Assembly (NCBI GenBank): GCA_013044165.1
Contig: JABEVB010000127.1
Span: 1-50,510, forward strand
Length of the DNA: 50,510 bases
Source of the DNA: Phycisphaerales bacterium
Lineage (GTDB): Bacteria; Planctomycetota; Phycisphaerae; WQYP01
Direction: 5' to 3'
Positions 40,596 through 50,461 of this stretch are shown in pieces; the first letter of the stretch is position 1; the number at the start of each line of letters is the position of its first letter. The position numbers and the translations under genes were made by a program. Below the pieces are notes generated by a model that did not search any database, had not been told where the DNA came from, and worked only from the letters and a program-made list of their open reading frames with translations.

Positions 40596-41577
40596 TCGGC
40601 ATGCGATCGCGCACTTCCGCAGCGATGCGGGCATTGGGGAACTCGTCAATAATCTGCTGGCCGATTCGGGCCGCTTCCGGCCAGTTTTTGTCGCTGACAT
40701 GCAGGGCAAACTGCACGCCAAGCTGCTGAAGCCGCTTCTTAAATACATCGCGGGCAATTTCTTTGTAGCCTTCGGCCTCACCGGGTGTCAGATATTGGTC
40801 GAGCTGCTTGAGCAGTTCGACGCTGCGGTCGACGTCATCGCGAGAAACGGCGTCCTTCCATTCCTTGAGCAACGCGCGTTTGTGCGTGTCGCGGGCATTC
40901 TGCACGCGTTCGGGCAGACGCTGAATGTCCGGATGGAAGGAGAACATTTTCATGAGTTGTTCCATCTCTCGGTAGCAGGCCGCCCAGTCAAAACGCTTGA
41001 GAAGCAGGTCGAAATGCGTCAGAGCCTCACGCACTTCAGTTTCAATAAATTTACGTCGCGATGATTCAATAATGTCCCGGAACTGGGCGGATTCCTGTTT
41101 GCTGCCAAAGCGGCGTTCCATTTCACTTGTCAGCCAGTAGGCGGCTTCGTAGTCGTTTTTATCAATATCCTCACGGATGGCGTGCCGTAGCGCTTCGCGG
41201 TCCTTATGGCGGTAGGCGATCTGCTTGGCAGCATCGGAAAGGGCCACGCTCTCTCGAATGGCCTCTAGCTGCTGGCGTTGGTTTTCAATGGCGCCACGCA
41301 CCTGCTCGTAGCGCCAACTTGCGTCGGATGCCTGCTGAAACCGCACGGCCGTCAGTGGCTGCAGCACCGCTCCCGCGATGGTGACCGCTAGGCCAAAACA
41401 GGCAATTAGAATGCCGGGCTCAAAATCGTGAATAATGGTGGCCAAATCGGCATGGCTGCCCGAATTGTGTGCCGCTAAGGTGGCAATCACTATCCCGACA
41501 ACGAGTATCGCTAGCCCTAAGATAACAACCAACCCCAAGAGCCGCTTGGTTCGTACCGCCGCTTTTTCAAGATTCAT
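40549..41577 (-). CDS. Conserved hypothetical protein (2 TM helices plus helical/TPR-like soluble domain)
   Basis: AGGAG RBS; two hydrophobic segments, then a charged helical region (LSDAAKQIAYR...LKQLDQYLTP...IIDEFPN). Confidence 0.85.
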   Translation of the reverse strand: MNLEKAAVRTKRLLGLVVILGLAILVVGIVIATLAAHNSGSHADLATIIHDFEPGILIACFGLAVTIAGAVLQPLTAVRFQQASDASWRYEQVRGAIENQRQQLEAIRESVALSDAAKQIAYRHKDREALRHAIREDIDKNDYEAAYWLTSEMERRFGSKQESAQFRDIIESSRRKFIETEVREALTHFDLLLKRFDWAACYREMEQLMKMFSFHPDIQRLPERVQNARDTHKRALLKEWKDAVSRDDVDRSVELLKQLDQYLTPGEAEGYKEIARDVFKKRLQQLGVQFALHVSDKNWPEAARIGQQIIDEFPNARIAAEVRDRMPIIREKATQAGSAVAI

Positions 41578-41829
41578 GATCTGTTTCTCCTAAGCACAGT
41601 CCCTGAAGCGGGGCGAATGCTCTTTGCGCTTGCCGGGTAGTGTTTCCCAAGATGCTGCGAACATCCGGCATGTTTGCAGCCCCGGTGCCGATATGCTCCG
41701 GTTCCTATGTTAACATCGCCTGCTTATCGGTCAAGAACAAACTTCGAACAAAAAGGAGTAAAAGCGGCCCTTCGGAGCCGGGAAGCTTTGTTCTGGCATC
41801 CAAGCGGCGCCCACGCGTCCAAAGCAGGC

Positions 41830-42005
41830 GATGACGCTATTGCATTAAAATGAGGCTGCTCGGCGTTTATTATATCGTCATAAGCGAGGTGCGGAGTAAA
41901 GCACTAAATCTACGGAGGTTATGGCACGTGCCAGGCACAATGACCAAGCACAAAAGTGACGTTATTAACCTTTTACTTTTGCTGCAGCCGAGCCTCAGTT
42001 AGCCC
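41830..42005 (+). ncRNA. Candidate structured RNA (6S-like extended hairpin with central bubble)
   Basis: 41851-41864 pairs with 41987-41997; CGTCAT/GTGACG and GGTTAT/ATGACC inner stems; AU-rich unpaired strands between them. Confidence 0.3.
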
Positions 42006-42195
42006 GCAGCGCAGGATGAGGTGATGCCATCTGTTAAGTTTGCGTTAGGGTTTAGGCGAGTGGGTCGCTTACCACGAGACTCGGGTACGTGAAGCGGAAT
42101 AAACTTGATCGTGAATAATTTTTAACTTATTTGTTTGGATGCGTCCGATACCATAGAATATGGAAGTAAAGGTTTTGCATTAAGGCGTGGTTGTC

Positions 42196-42930
42196 ATGGC
42201 AAAGACTGGCAGGTCGGCAGGTTCTCGGAAAACAACGGTGAGCCAAAGGCGCGTACTTACGGTGCTTAGTTCGCTGGTGGCAAGCCTGACCGTAGGCGCT
42301 GGTTTGCTGATGTTGCTTGAAGGTCAACCGATTACCAGCCCGGTTAGGTCTTTGTCGGCGACAACACCAATGGACGACAACTTTTCTCGTGCCATTAAAC
42401 CCCTTGTATCATTGCAGCCGAACCGATGGAACTATATCATCATCTACCAGTCGAACAGTTTGGCGGGCGATGCGTCCGATCTGGCCGACGGTGTTCTACC
42501 GGGAGGACAAGTTCCAAGAGCGATGGATATGCGTTCGGCTCAAGAGCGGCCTAAGCGGGTTTGGCCGGTGGATTTTCACTTTGTAGTAGACAACGGTCAA
42601 AACGCCGACCAGAAGGGTGATGGAACCGTAGAAGTTGGATCCTCGTGGTTGGCACAGCGAAGCACAGCGCCAGTATGCCAGTGGCCAAATTATCGAAATC
42701 ATAATTATTTACCTTATAAAAACGCTATTGGCATTTGCGTAATTGGCAACCTCAACGTTCAAGGTTTTTCCAGCAACCAAGTTAACTCGCTGGCCAAGCT
42801 GACCCGGGCCTTGCAGAGCAAACTAAGCATTCCTGTATCGCGTGTGGTATTTCAGTGGCAGATCACGGGCCATCAAACGCCGGCCCAAGCCGCCTTTACC
42901 CGGCGATTCCAGCAGATGTTGGGCCGTTAG
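42196..42930 (+). CDS. Membrane-anchored Amidase_2/PGRP-like protein, apparently lacking Zn ligands
   Basis: TM helix; RWNYIIIYQS, FHFVVDNG...DGTVEVG..W..Q, AIGICVIGN and Q..SLAKL...L.....IP..RV. Confidence 0.75.
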   Translation: MAKTGRSAGSRKTTVSQRRVLTVLSSLVASLTVGAGLLMLLEGQPITSPVRSLSATTPMDDNFSRAIKPLVSLQPNRWNYIIIYQSNSLAGDASDLADGVLPGGQVPRAMDMRSAQERPKRVWPVDFHFVVDNGQNADQKGDGTVEVGSSWLAQRSTAPVCQWPNYRNHNYLPYKNAIGICVIGNLNVQGFSSNQVNSLAKLTRALQSKLSIPVSRVVFQWQITGHQTPAQAAFTRRFQQMLGR

Positions 42931-43091
42931 GCTTAACTCTTTGTCGTTGGCTGCGATCCATTCGCCCTGTTCTTCCACCGCATGTTTATACCCATGAGGC
43001 CGTGGCTGCATTTGGATGGTGCAGAGCTTGCACGGGTGGGTGGCTTTGGTGCATTGGCAAGGCTTTCCGTGGAAATGGAAAAAGCGACTCG

Positions 43092-43991
43092 ATGGATAGC
43101 GCCCCTGAATTTTCGGATTTTGAAGTGCTTTCGACGCTGGGCTACGGCGCTCGCAGCACCATCTATGCTGTTTGCGAAAAGCGAACCGGGCAACTCTATG
43201 CGCTTAAGCGGGTCCTCCGACGCAGCGCCGAGGACGACCGCTTCCTCGAACAGGCAACACAGGAGTACGAAATCAGCAGTCAGTTTGATCATCCGGTGCT
43301 GCGCAAAAGCCATCGCTTGATTCGTAAGCGCAAACTTCTAACGGTTACCGAGTTGCACCTGCTGATGGACCTTGTGGATGGAACTTCGATAGATTCTGAC
43401 CGGCCGGGGTCGCTCCGCAGTTTGCTGGACGTCTCGTGCGCTGTGGCACGAGGGCTTTCCGCCATGCATAAGCTGGGATTTGTGCATGCCGACATTAAAC
43501 CCAACAATATTTTAATTACCTCCGACAATGGCTGCAAAATCATTGACTTTGGCCAGAGTTGCGCAATCGGTACGGTTAAAACGCGCATTCAGGGAACGCC
43601 CGATTATATTGCGCCGGAACAGGTTGCCCTTGGTCCGCTTACTCCCGCGACTGACATCTTCAATTTTGGCGCTACACTTTACTGGTGCGTCACCGACCGG
43701 CATGTGCCGACAGTCATTCCGCGTCGGCGTCAGGGCGTTGCGGCTGTCGCATCGCAGGCACTGATAGCGCCCCACGAGTTAAATCCACGGATTCCACTGG
43801 CGCTTTCAAAACTGATTATTGAGTGTGTTGAAAATCGTCCGTCTAAGCGCCCAGCCAGCATGGACGACGTGCTGAGCCGACTTGAGTTCGTGCTTAGCCT
43901 CAATGCGGCTGTTCGCCTCGATGAGGCCATTGGCGTGAACACGGCCAAAGATGAGGCAACGGAAAACGCTGAGGCTGATACCGTAACCTGA
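43092..43991 (+). CDS. Soluble Hanks-type Ser/Thr protein kinase
   Basis: LGYGARS, YALK, HADIKPNN, IDFG, GTPDYIAPE and DIFNFG; start moved to MDSAPEF. Confidence 0.93.
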   Translation: MDSAPEFSDFEVLSTLGYGARSTIYAVCEKRTGQLYALKRVLRRSAEDDRFLEQATQEYEISSQFDHPVLRKSHRLIRKRKLLTVTELHLLMDLVDGTSIDSDRPGSLRSLLDVSCAVARGLSAMHKLGFVHADIKPNNILITSDNGCKIIDFGQSCAIGTVKTRIQGTPDYIAPEQVALGPLTPATDIFNFGATLYWCVTDRHVPTVIPRRRQGVAAVASQALIAPHELNPRIPLALSKLIIECVENRPSKRPASMDDVLSRLEFVLSLNAAVRLDEAIGVNTAKDEATENAEADTVT

Positions 43992-44084
43992 AAGCCTTGG
44001 CACGAAGCAACGCGGGTTGGCGGACTCGCGCGGCGGCGCCTGAAACGGAAATCCGCTTGTCAGCTTCGAGATGGATTACGCAGC

Positions 44085-44936
44085 ATGTCGGCAGGACACG
44101 CCATTGATATTTTTCAGCACGCAGCCGAGAACAATCGGTTTGATCCGATTCGCTCGGCTCAAATGCTGTACTTTCCATCGGTTGGGGAACTACTGGTAAC
44201 GGGAGACTTGCATAATCATCGCCGCAACTTTGAACGCATCGTCAAGGCCGCGTCGCTGGATATGTTTCCGCGACGCCATGTTCTGCTGCAGGAGATCATT
44301 CATGGTGGGGCGCTTGGGGCTGATGGCGAAGACACCAGCCTGGACCTTTTATTGGACGCGGTGGAGTGGTCGCTTAAATTTCCGAGGCAGGTTCATTTTC
44401 TTCTGGCCAATCACGACTGGGCGCAAATTTTCGGCATGGCTATCCTGAAGGAAGGGTATGATCTCACCGAGCGGTTTTCGCGGGCGTTTACCTTGCGCTA
44501 TGGCGGCCGGGCCGACGATGTTCGTGAAGCATTTCGGAAGTTTGTACTCAGTATGCCACTGGCGGGCATAACGGTTACCGGCATTTTTTTGAGTCATTCG
44601 TTGCCCACTTGGCGCGATCTCGGCGATTTTGACTCCACCATTTTGCGGCGCCCGCTTGTCGAAAGCGATTACCTGCGCAACGGCTCGGTATACAAATTGC
44701 TTTGGGGACGATCGCAAACGGAGAGTTCACTCGATAAGTTATCAAAAATGTGGTTTTCGGAATTGTTTATTTGTGGCCACCAGCAGCAGGATAAGGGCTG
44801 GGGCGTATTGGCCAAAAGAATGTTTATTGTGGATTCTTCGCACAATCATGGCGTCATGCTGCCGCTGGATTTGAGCCGCCAGCATACCATTGACGATTTC
44901 AAAAAGGCCATTATGCCGCTGGCCGCGATTGCCTGA
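44085..44936 (+). CDS. Calcineurin-like metallophosphoesterase
   Basis: GDLHN, QEIIHGG, LLANHD, SHS and ICGH. Confidence 0.85.
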   Translation: MSAGHAIDIFQHAAENNRFDPIRSAQMLYFPSVGELLVTGDLHNHRRNFERIVKAASLDMFPRRHVLLQEIIHGGALGADGEDTSLDLLLDAVEWSLKFPRQVHFLLANHDWAQIFGMAILKEGYDLTERFSRAFTLRYGGRADDVREAFRKFVLSMPLAGITVTGIFLSHSLPTWRDLGDFDSTILRRPLVESDYLRNGSVYKLLWGRSQTESSLDKLSKMWFSELFICGHQQQDKGWGVLAKRMFIVDSSHNHGVMLPLDLSRQHTIDDFKKAIMPLAAIA

Positions 44937-44963
44937 TGAGCCGGTGGCTTTGAATGAGCCTTG

Positions 44964-46253
44964 TTATGCTTGCGCCCTTTCAACCGGGCCAAGTACTTGC
45001 GTCTGCGAGCGACTGCGCATCCGATAGCGAATACCACGCCAGATAAGAATGCGGCCAAACCCGGCCTGCAGCAGCGCCGTCAGCATAAACAGCTGCGCCA
45101 GAGGAATTCCAAAAATAAACCAGCGAGCGGCGGGCCTGATGGCCAGCCAATGCATCGGCAGCAGTCGCCGTGCCGCCAGCAAAAGCATTATGCCACGCAG
45201 GATGCTTAGCGTGTAAAGGCAAATAAAAACCGCTATGCACCACGGCCACCAGGTCGTATGCGCAACCAGACCGGCGATGGCAAACGCCCAGCTTCCAAGC
45301 AGGGTGAACAAGTACAAAAGTGCTCCACACAGGGCCGCCAGCCATAGCCGCAGCGAGCATATTCGCGTGATGCGCAGTTGCCGCACCACAAACTCGCGCA
45401 GGCTTGCCGCGTTAAAGGACGCTCGAGATGCAACGAGGCACTGCGGCACAAAGTGAATCTTGCGACGGCTTGCCTTTTTTACCTGCCAGGTTAAAGCGAA
45501 GTCGTCGCTCAAAGCGCCTTGCCAGGCGTCATATACACCATAGTTGAAGAAGTCCTCTCGACGGATGGCCATCGAACCACCCCACGCCACCGCCCGACGA
45601 TACGGGCCTAAAAAACTACCGACCATTGCGTTGAGCAGGCAAAGGATGTGATTGGCTCCAGTCGGTTGTGCCGGTACATAAAAGCGATAACCGGTGGTGG
45701 CTCCAATGTGGGGGCCATAGTGCAGTGGCTGCACCAGTGCGTGGAGCCAATTGGGATCGGGATGGGCGTCAGCGTCCATAAAAGCCAGAATGCCGTCGGC
45801 CGAAGTTGTGGCGGCTACGCCCGCAAGTTGATTATGAACTTTCTGGCCGCGATGTTTTGCGTTGCCTGCCACCACAACCATGACGCGCTGCGGCTGCTTA
45901 CACACCAAAATATCCAAGAGTTGACATACAGGATCGTCTGCGGATTGTACTACGAAAATCAACCGGTAGTTTGCATAATTTTGTTGCAGCAGCGCCTCAA
46001 GGTTGCCCTGCGTATCTGCATCTGATCCTTTAATGGGTACAATGACGCCAACCGCGGCGGTGGCCGGCTCAAGTGGGCGAGCCGTTACCTGTGGCATGCG
46101 GTAGCTGAAAAACTGCGCCACGCGCAGCGTCCATACCGCAATCGCAAGTCCAAACAGCCACAGCAACCAAATGGTTAAGACGATCCACAACACGCTGAAG
46201 GCAACTCCCCAACACGCAAAGTCTCCGATGGCCCCAACAGATGCTGTCAACAT
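44964..46253 (-). CDS. Membrane glycosyltransferase (GT2/GT21, ceramide glucosyltransferase/HpnI-like)
   Basis: IVPIKG, QNY, GQKVHNQ, FMDAD, WGGSMA, ALSDD and VRQLR; N- and C-terminal TM helices; start uncertain. Confidence 0.85.
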   Translation of the reverse strand: MLTASVGAIGDFACWGVAFSVLWIVLTIWLLWLFGLAIAVWTLRVAQFFSYRMPQVTARPLEPATAAVGVIVPIKGSDADTQGNLEALLQQNYANYRLIFVVQSADDPVCQLLDILVCKQPQRVMVVVAGNAKHRGQKVHNQLAGVAATTSADGILAFMDADAHPDPNWLHALVQPLHYGPHIGATTGYRFYVPAQPTGANHILCLLNAMVGSFLGPYRRAVAWGGSMAIRREDFFNYGVYDAWQGALSDDFALTWQVKKASRRKIHFVPQCLVASRASFNAASLREFVVRQLRITRICSLRLWLAALCGALLYLFTLLGSWAFAIAGLVAHTTWWPWCIAVFICLYTLSILRGIMLLLAARRLLPMHWLAIRPAARWFIFGIPLAQLFMLTALLQAGFGRILIWRGIRYRMRSRSQTQVLGPVERAQA

Positions 46254-46422
46254 CGCCGGAGAATCGAAATTACAACAAGAGGATGATAACCAAACTCTTG
46301 CACTTTGCGCCTGTTTGCAGGTAGGTGCGTGAGTTTGTCGTCCGAGGCTCATTCAGATGGCTGGGCGTATGCCCTGCGGGACGCCGTAGCCCTATTGCAA
46401 TCAGTTGTTGTATGAGGCCGCC

Positions 46423-47664
46423 TTATACCATGGTAAAGGGTTCCGCATGAGCCGTTGAAACGCGTATCTCAAGCGAGCTAAATCGCTCGGTCAGGCGTTC
46501 TCTTAGCCGGTGCAGCACGGGCAACTCGCTGGAGCCATGGCCAAGGCAGATGGTCGCGATGCCGGCCGCTTTATATGCGAGCATATCATGATGTTTAAGC
46601 TCTCCGGTAATCAGGCAATCAGGCTGTGGATGGTCGCCGCCATCGAGCGCCAGGCGGCCGGCGCTGCCGGCAATAAGGGCCACCGTTTCAATATGTCTTG
46701 ACGGTTCGCCAACAACCTGTACCTGTAAAAGGCCGAGGCGTGTTTTGCATTGCTGCGCCAACTCCTGCAGGGCGAGTTTGACGTGAGCAATTTTGCCTGT
46801 TCCTGTCGCATCGGGCGGGGTATACATAACGAGCAAATCAAAGGCCGGTTCTTCGTAAGGGTGGCTGGTTCGCAGGGCTGCTACGACCGCGTCGGCCAAC
46901 CGGACAGGCAGCACCGTTTCAAAACGCACTTCGCGCACAAACTCCATGCGCCCCGCTTCGCCAACGGTTGGATGCGTGGATTCCTCACCAAAAAAAGTCC
47001 CGGTGCCGGGGGTACGAAAGCTGCAGTGGTGATAGCGGCTGTTTTGGCCAACGCGGCCGGCACCAGCGAGAAATACAGCATCGGCTACCTTTTCTACTTC
47101 GTTTTCAGGGATAAAAGTCACGAGTTTGAGGTGTGGCTCGCCCGCATGACTGGGGCGCATGTTGCCTGTAACGTTCAGGTTAAGCGCGGCAGCCAGCGCA
47201 TCATTCGTACCGCCGCTGGCGGTATCGAGAGCAGTATGTGGGCTGTATATCCAAATGCCCGCCGCGTGCGCCAAAAGTGCGTTGCCGCACGGAGCATTTG
47301 GCTGCGGCACAAGTGTTTTGATCGGCTGAAAAATCGGCGGGTGATAACACACCAATAAATCGGCATTCCAGGCCATCGCCTCATGGAGTACTGTCGCAGT
47401 AAGGTCAAGCGCTACAAGCACTCGGGCAACCGACGCTCCGGGGCATGCACTAAGAAGTCCGGCGTTATCCCACGGCTCGGCGAGGGCCGGTGGTGAAAGC
47501 TCATCTAAAAATTCGGCTACTGTCTCAAGCGGGTACGGGCCGGCTTGACCGGTGTACCAGAGATTGGCCGGCCGCCGCTCGCCAGCGGCGGTACTTGCCG
47601 CTGGGCTGACCTGATATGGAACTGCTTCTGGGCCAGCGACGGTGGTTGCGTTCGTACGCTTCAT
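46423..47664 (-). CDS. Nif3-like dinuclear metal centre protein with PII-like insert
   Basis: AEPWDNAGL, YHPPIF, HTALD...GGTND, KLVTFIP...HPYEEPAFD, ITGELKHH and GHGSSE. Confidence 0.93.
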   Translation of the reverse strand: MKRTNATTVAGPEAVPYQVSPAASTAAGERRPANLWYTGQAGPYPLETVAEFLDELSPPALAEPWDNAGLLSACPGASVARVLVALDLTATVLHEAMAWNADLLVCYHPPIFQPIKTLVPQPNAPCGNALLAHAAGIWIYSPHTALDTASGGTNDALAAALNLNVTGNMRPSHAGEPHLKLVTFIPENEVEKVADAVFLAGAGRVGQNSRYHHCSFRTPGTGTFFGEESTHPTVGEAGRMEFVREVRFETVLPVRLADAVVAALRTSHPYEEPAFDLLVMYTPPDATGTGKIAHVKLALQELAQQCKTRLGLLQVQVVGEPSRHIETVALIAGSAGRLALDGGDHPQPDCLITGELKHHDMLAYKAAGIATICLGHGSSELPVLHRLRERLTERFSSLEIRVSTAHAEPFTMV

Positions 47665-47680
47665 AATGAATGCTCCGACA

Positions 47681-48577
47681 TCAGGGGGCTACCGATAGTT
47701 TGTCGAGATGTGCGAGATAGGCTTGCCGCAGTTGCTGTGTGACAGCACCGGGCTTTTCATCACCTACGCCATGACGTTCGATTCGCACAACGGGCATAAT
47801 TCCCATGATTGCATTGGTCACAAAAACCTCTTTAGCAGCCAATAGGTCATTGATGGTGAGCAGCTTTTCATGCACGATAAGTGCAGATTCTACGGCGAGC
47901 TGGCACACCAGCGAGCGTGTAATGCCGGGCAGCACCATGCGATGACCGGTTTGTTCCGGATGCTCGATCGGGCAGGTGGCGATTTCTTCGGCCGCGGTAA
48001 CGATAAAGACATTGCTGATGCAACCCTCGGCTAGATATTTCTCGCCAACAGTAAACCAGAACGCTTCGCCTGCGCCAGACTGTTGAGCCTCGCGAAGAGC
48101 CAGCAGTCGATCAAGATAGCTGGTTGATTTGTGCCCGCACAGCGGGGAAAAGGGGTTCTGTTGATACCGGGAGACTATCGCCGTCATGCCTTTTTCGTAG
48201 AGCACTTCGGGGTAGGGCTTAAACTCACTTGCGGAAACCAGGGTTGTGGTGGGGAGATCGGGAGTTGCCGCATCAATGTTACTTAAGTCGCCGCGCGTAA
48301 CAGTCAGCCGGAGGCGTGCGTCGCTTAGGTCATTGGCCTGAAGGACTTCCGATATTAACTCTGCAAGAACCGATTGTTCGAGATGTACCGGCATAGCCAG
48401 GGCAGTAGCGCTGGCGGTGAGTCTTGCAAGATGGTCGTCAAATGCGATGATCCGGCCGCCGATCACACGCATTGTTTCAAACAGGCCGGCACCGTGCAAT
48501 ACTCCGGCATCGAAGGGTGCGATGCGGGCATTTTCATATGGGATGATCTGTCCATTGATCGCAACAAAATCCGTCAT
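47681..48577 (-). CDS. Class IV PLP aminotransferase (IlvE/PabC/Dat-like)
   Basis: GAGLFETMR, HLARL, HKSTSY, EGCISNVF, LPGITR and EVFVTN. Confidence 0.92.
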   Translation of the reverse strand: MTDFVAINGQIIPYENARIAPFDAGVLHGAGLFETMRVIGGRIIAFDDHLARLTASATALAMPVHLEQSVLAELISEVLQANDLSDARLRLTVTRGDLSNIDAATPDLPTTTLVSASEFKPYPEVLYEKGMTAIVSRYQQNPFSPLCGHKSTSYLDRLLALREAQQSGAGEAFWFTVGEKYLAEGCISNVFIVTAAEEIATCPIEHPEQTGHRMVLPGITRSLVCQLAVESALIVHEKLLTINDLLAAKEVFVTNAIMGIMPVVRIERHGVGDEKPGAVTQQLRQAYLAHLDKLSVAP

Positions 48578-48659
48578 GACAATCTCGCAAATGGGTCTCG
48601 TGATTGGCCCGGCCGTCCATTGGCCTGCAGCCGCCGCAGCCCTGCTGGAGAAGAAGTTA

Positions 48660-49586
48660 TCATTTAGCGATGATTTGTGAAAGCCTGAGAAAGTCGCCGG
48701 GCGTAAGGGTAGCCGGACGGCTTACCGGATTTATATTGGCCGCGTTCAGGGCCGACACGATGGTCGCCATATCAGGTGGCTTTAAACCATGCCTGATAGC
48801 ATTGACCAGATTTTGTCTCCGATGAGCAAAAACGCCGCGCAGCACGGCGCTGAGCTGCTCAATGTTGCTGATCGCGCCAAAGCGAGCGGGTTGCACTATG
48901 ACTTCAACCAGCGCGGACCGCACCTTGGGCGGCGGCCAAAACGCGCCAGGCTCAATGCTGCGGACGATGCGTACATCTGCGAGCAGCTGCATGAGTATGC
49001 CAAGAGAGCCGTAATCAGCGCAATCCGGTGGGGCGGCCATGCGCTGGGCTACTTCCCACTGCACGGTAAAAATCAGGCGTTCAAAAATCAGGCGTGGAGC
49101 GGCCCGAGTGGAGGGTGTTTGAAAAGCGTCGCGTCTTTGTTCGTGCCAGCATAGAGTAAGCAGTTCTGCAATAAGAGGGCTGGCTGCATTATATGGGAGG
49201 TTGGCGATGAGTTTGAGCGATCCGGTCGCCGTTGCGTGGAGTGAGCGAAGTTCGCTGAGCATCTCAGGGGCAAGCTTGTGCTTGCTGGCAAGTGCGTCGG
49301 CATGTAGCCAACGAATGTTGGTCAGGTGACGCCAATGGTTTGCGGCGGCGTGCATCAGCGGCTCATCAATGTCTACCGCCAGTATGTGGCCGGCCCTGGC
49401 CGCCATAAGACTGGTAAGGTTGCCAGCGCCCGGCCCAACTTCAAGTACCGTGTCGCCGGAGCTTAATTGGCCTGCCTCAACAATAGCAGAGAGCGCCCGC
49501 TGGTCCATCATGAAGTTCTGGCCGAAGCGATGCTGTGGTCTTGCGCCGGCCGCAGCGAGCACCTGCATAATTTGATGCCTGTCCAT
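48660..49586 (-). CDS. rsmA: 16S rRNA dimethyladenosine transferase
   Basis: FGQNFM, VLEVGPGAG, ANLPYN, QWEVAQRM and FWPPPKVRS. Confidence 0.96.
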   Translation of the reverse strand: MDRHQIMQVLAAAGARPQHRFGQNFMMDQRALSAIVEAGQLSSGDTVLEVGPGAGNLTSLMAARAGHILAVDIDEPLMHAAANHWRHLTNIRWLHADALASKHKLAPEMLSELRSLHATATGSLKLIANLPYNAASPLIAELLTLCWHEQRRDAFQTPSTRAAPRLIFERLIFTVQWEVAQRMAAPPDCADYGSLGILMQLLADVRIVRSIEPGAFWPPPKVRSALVEVIVQPARFGAISNIEQLSAVLRGVFAHRRQNLVNAIRHGLKPPDMATIVSALNAANINPVSRPATLTPGDFLRLSQIIAK

Positions 49587-49606
49587 ACCGTGGTCATGCC
49601 TTGCAT

Positions 49607-50461
49607 TTAAGGAGCTGAAAACTCAATCACCAGCCGTGCGGGTATGCTTTGTCCCAGCTGGTCCTCGTGCGAGGCTTCGACGCTTAAGCGTCGAAGGATC
49701 ATCTGGCGATGATTAAAGTCCAATGCCAGCGGAAAGGACCTGCTGTCAAGCGCGGCTTCAATCATGCTGACAATCTGTGGCGTGATGCGGCGGGCGTAGC
49801 GTGCGCCCCCGTAAAGGTCCAAGGTGTGCTCGATGGACGGCGCGAGCCGTGGGATGAGTGATTGAAGCTCGGCAATAAGCAAAAAACGAGGGATAGGCAG
49901 TTCCCCGCTGTGGAGCGAGAGGATTTGAATGTGTCCTTGTGGTGCCGCACCAGGCGTCAACGCCGGGGCTGTGCGCACGCCAATGGTTATGCTGGCCACG
50001 GAGGACGCGAAGAGTCCATGAAGGCGTGCCGCAAGTGTTATGCGGCCATTGCTGAAGCGAACAAAAGGCTGTTGGACCATAGCTGCGCGGCCCTTATGCT
50101 CGCTGGCGGAACTTTCATCATAAACGAGCGAGAGCAGGCTGTTGACCTGATTTTGGGTGATGATCCATTTAACATAACGAATGTGAGGATTCTGAACTTG
50201 ATTTCGCAGGTTCAGCACCAGCGACTGCGCTTCACGAGCCTGCTCTTGGACGATGGGGCTGGTGGCGCTGAGAGGTTGGTACCATCTTGGCGTCCAGAGC
50301 GTGAGGCACCACGACAGCAGCATTAGAATCAGCGCGATGACAAGCAATCGCCATAACCACCCCAAGGCATGTTTGGGCCGGGTAAAAAAAGTTCGCAGCC
50401 CCGCGCGCCACCAAGGTTGCGGTTTGCCACCAATTAAAAAAGCGTTGCCGGGTTTGCTCAT
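49607..50461 (-). CDS. Hypothetical membrane-anchored protein
   Basis: 284-aa ORF co-oriented with rsmA; single TM helix, then P.WY, ITQNQVNSLL and GELPIP. Confidence 0.75.
   Translation of the reverse strand: MSKPGNAFLIGGKPQPWWRAGLRTFFTRPKHALGWLWRLLVIALILMLLSWCLTLWTPRWYQPLSATSPIVQEQAREAQSLVLNLRNQVQNPHIRYVKWIITQNQVNSLLSLVYDESSASEHKGRAAMVQQPFVRFSNGRITLAARLHGLFASSVASITIGVRTAPALTPGAAPQGHIQILSLHSGELPIPRFLLIAELQSLIPRLAPSIEHTLDLYGGARYARRITPQIVSMIEAALDSRSFPLALDFNHRQMILRRLSVEASHEDQLGQSIPARLVIEFSAP

Noticed and set aside
41914-41959. GGAGG followed by a 12-codon ORF MARARHNDQAQK
   Set aside because: The SD is only 2 nt from the ATG, and the region is better explained as RNA structure.
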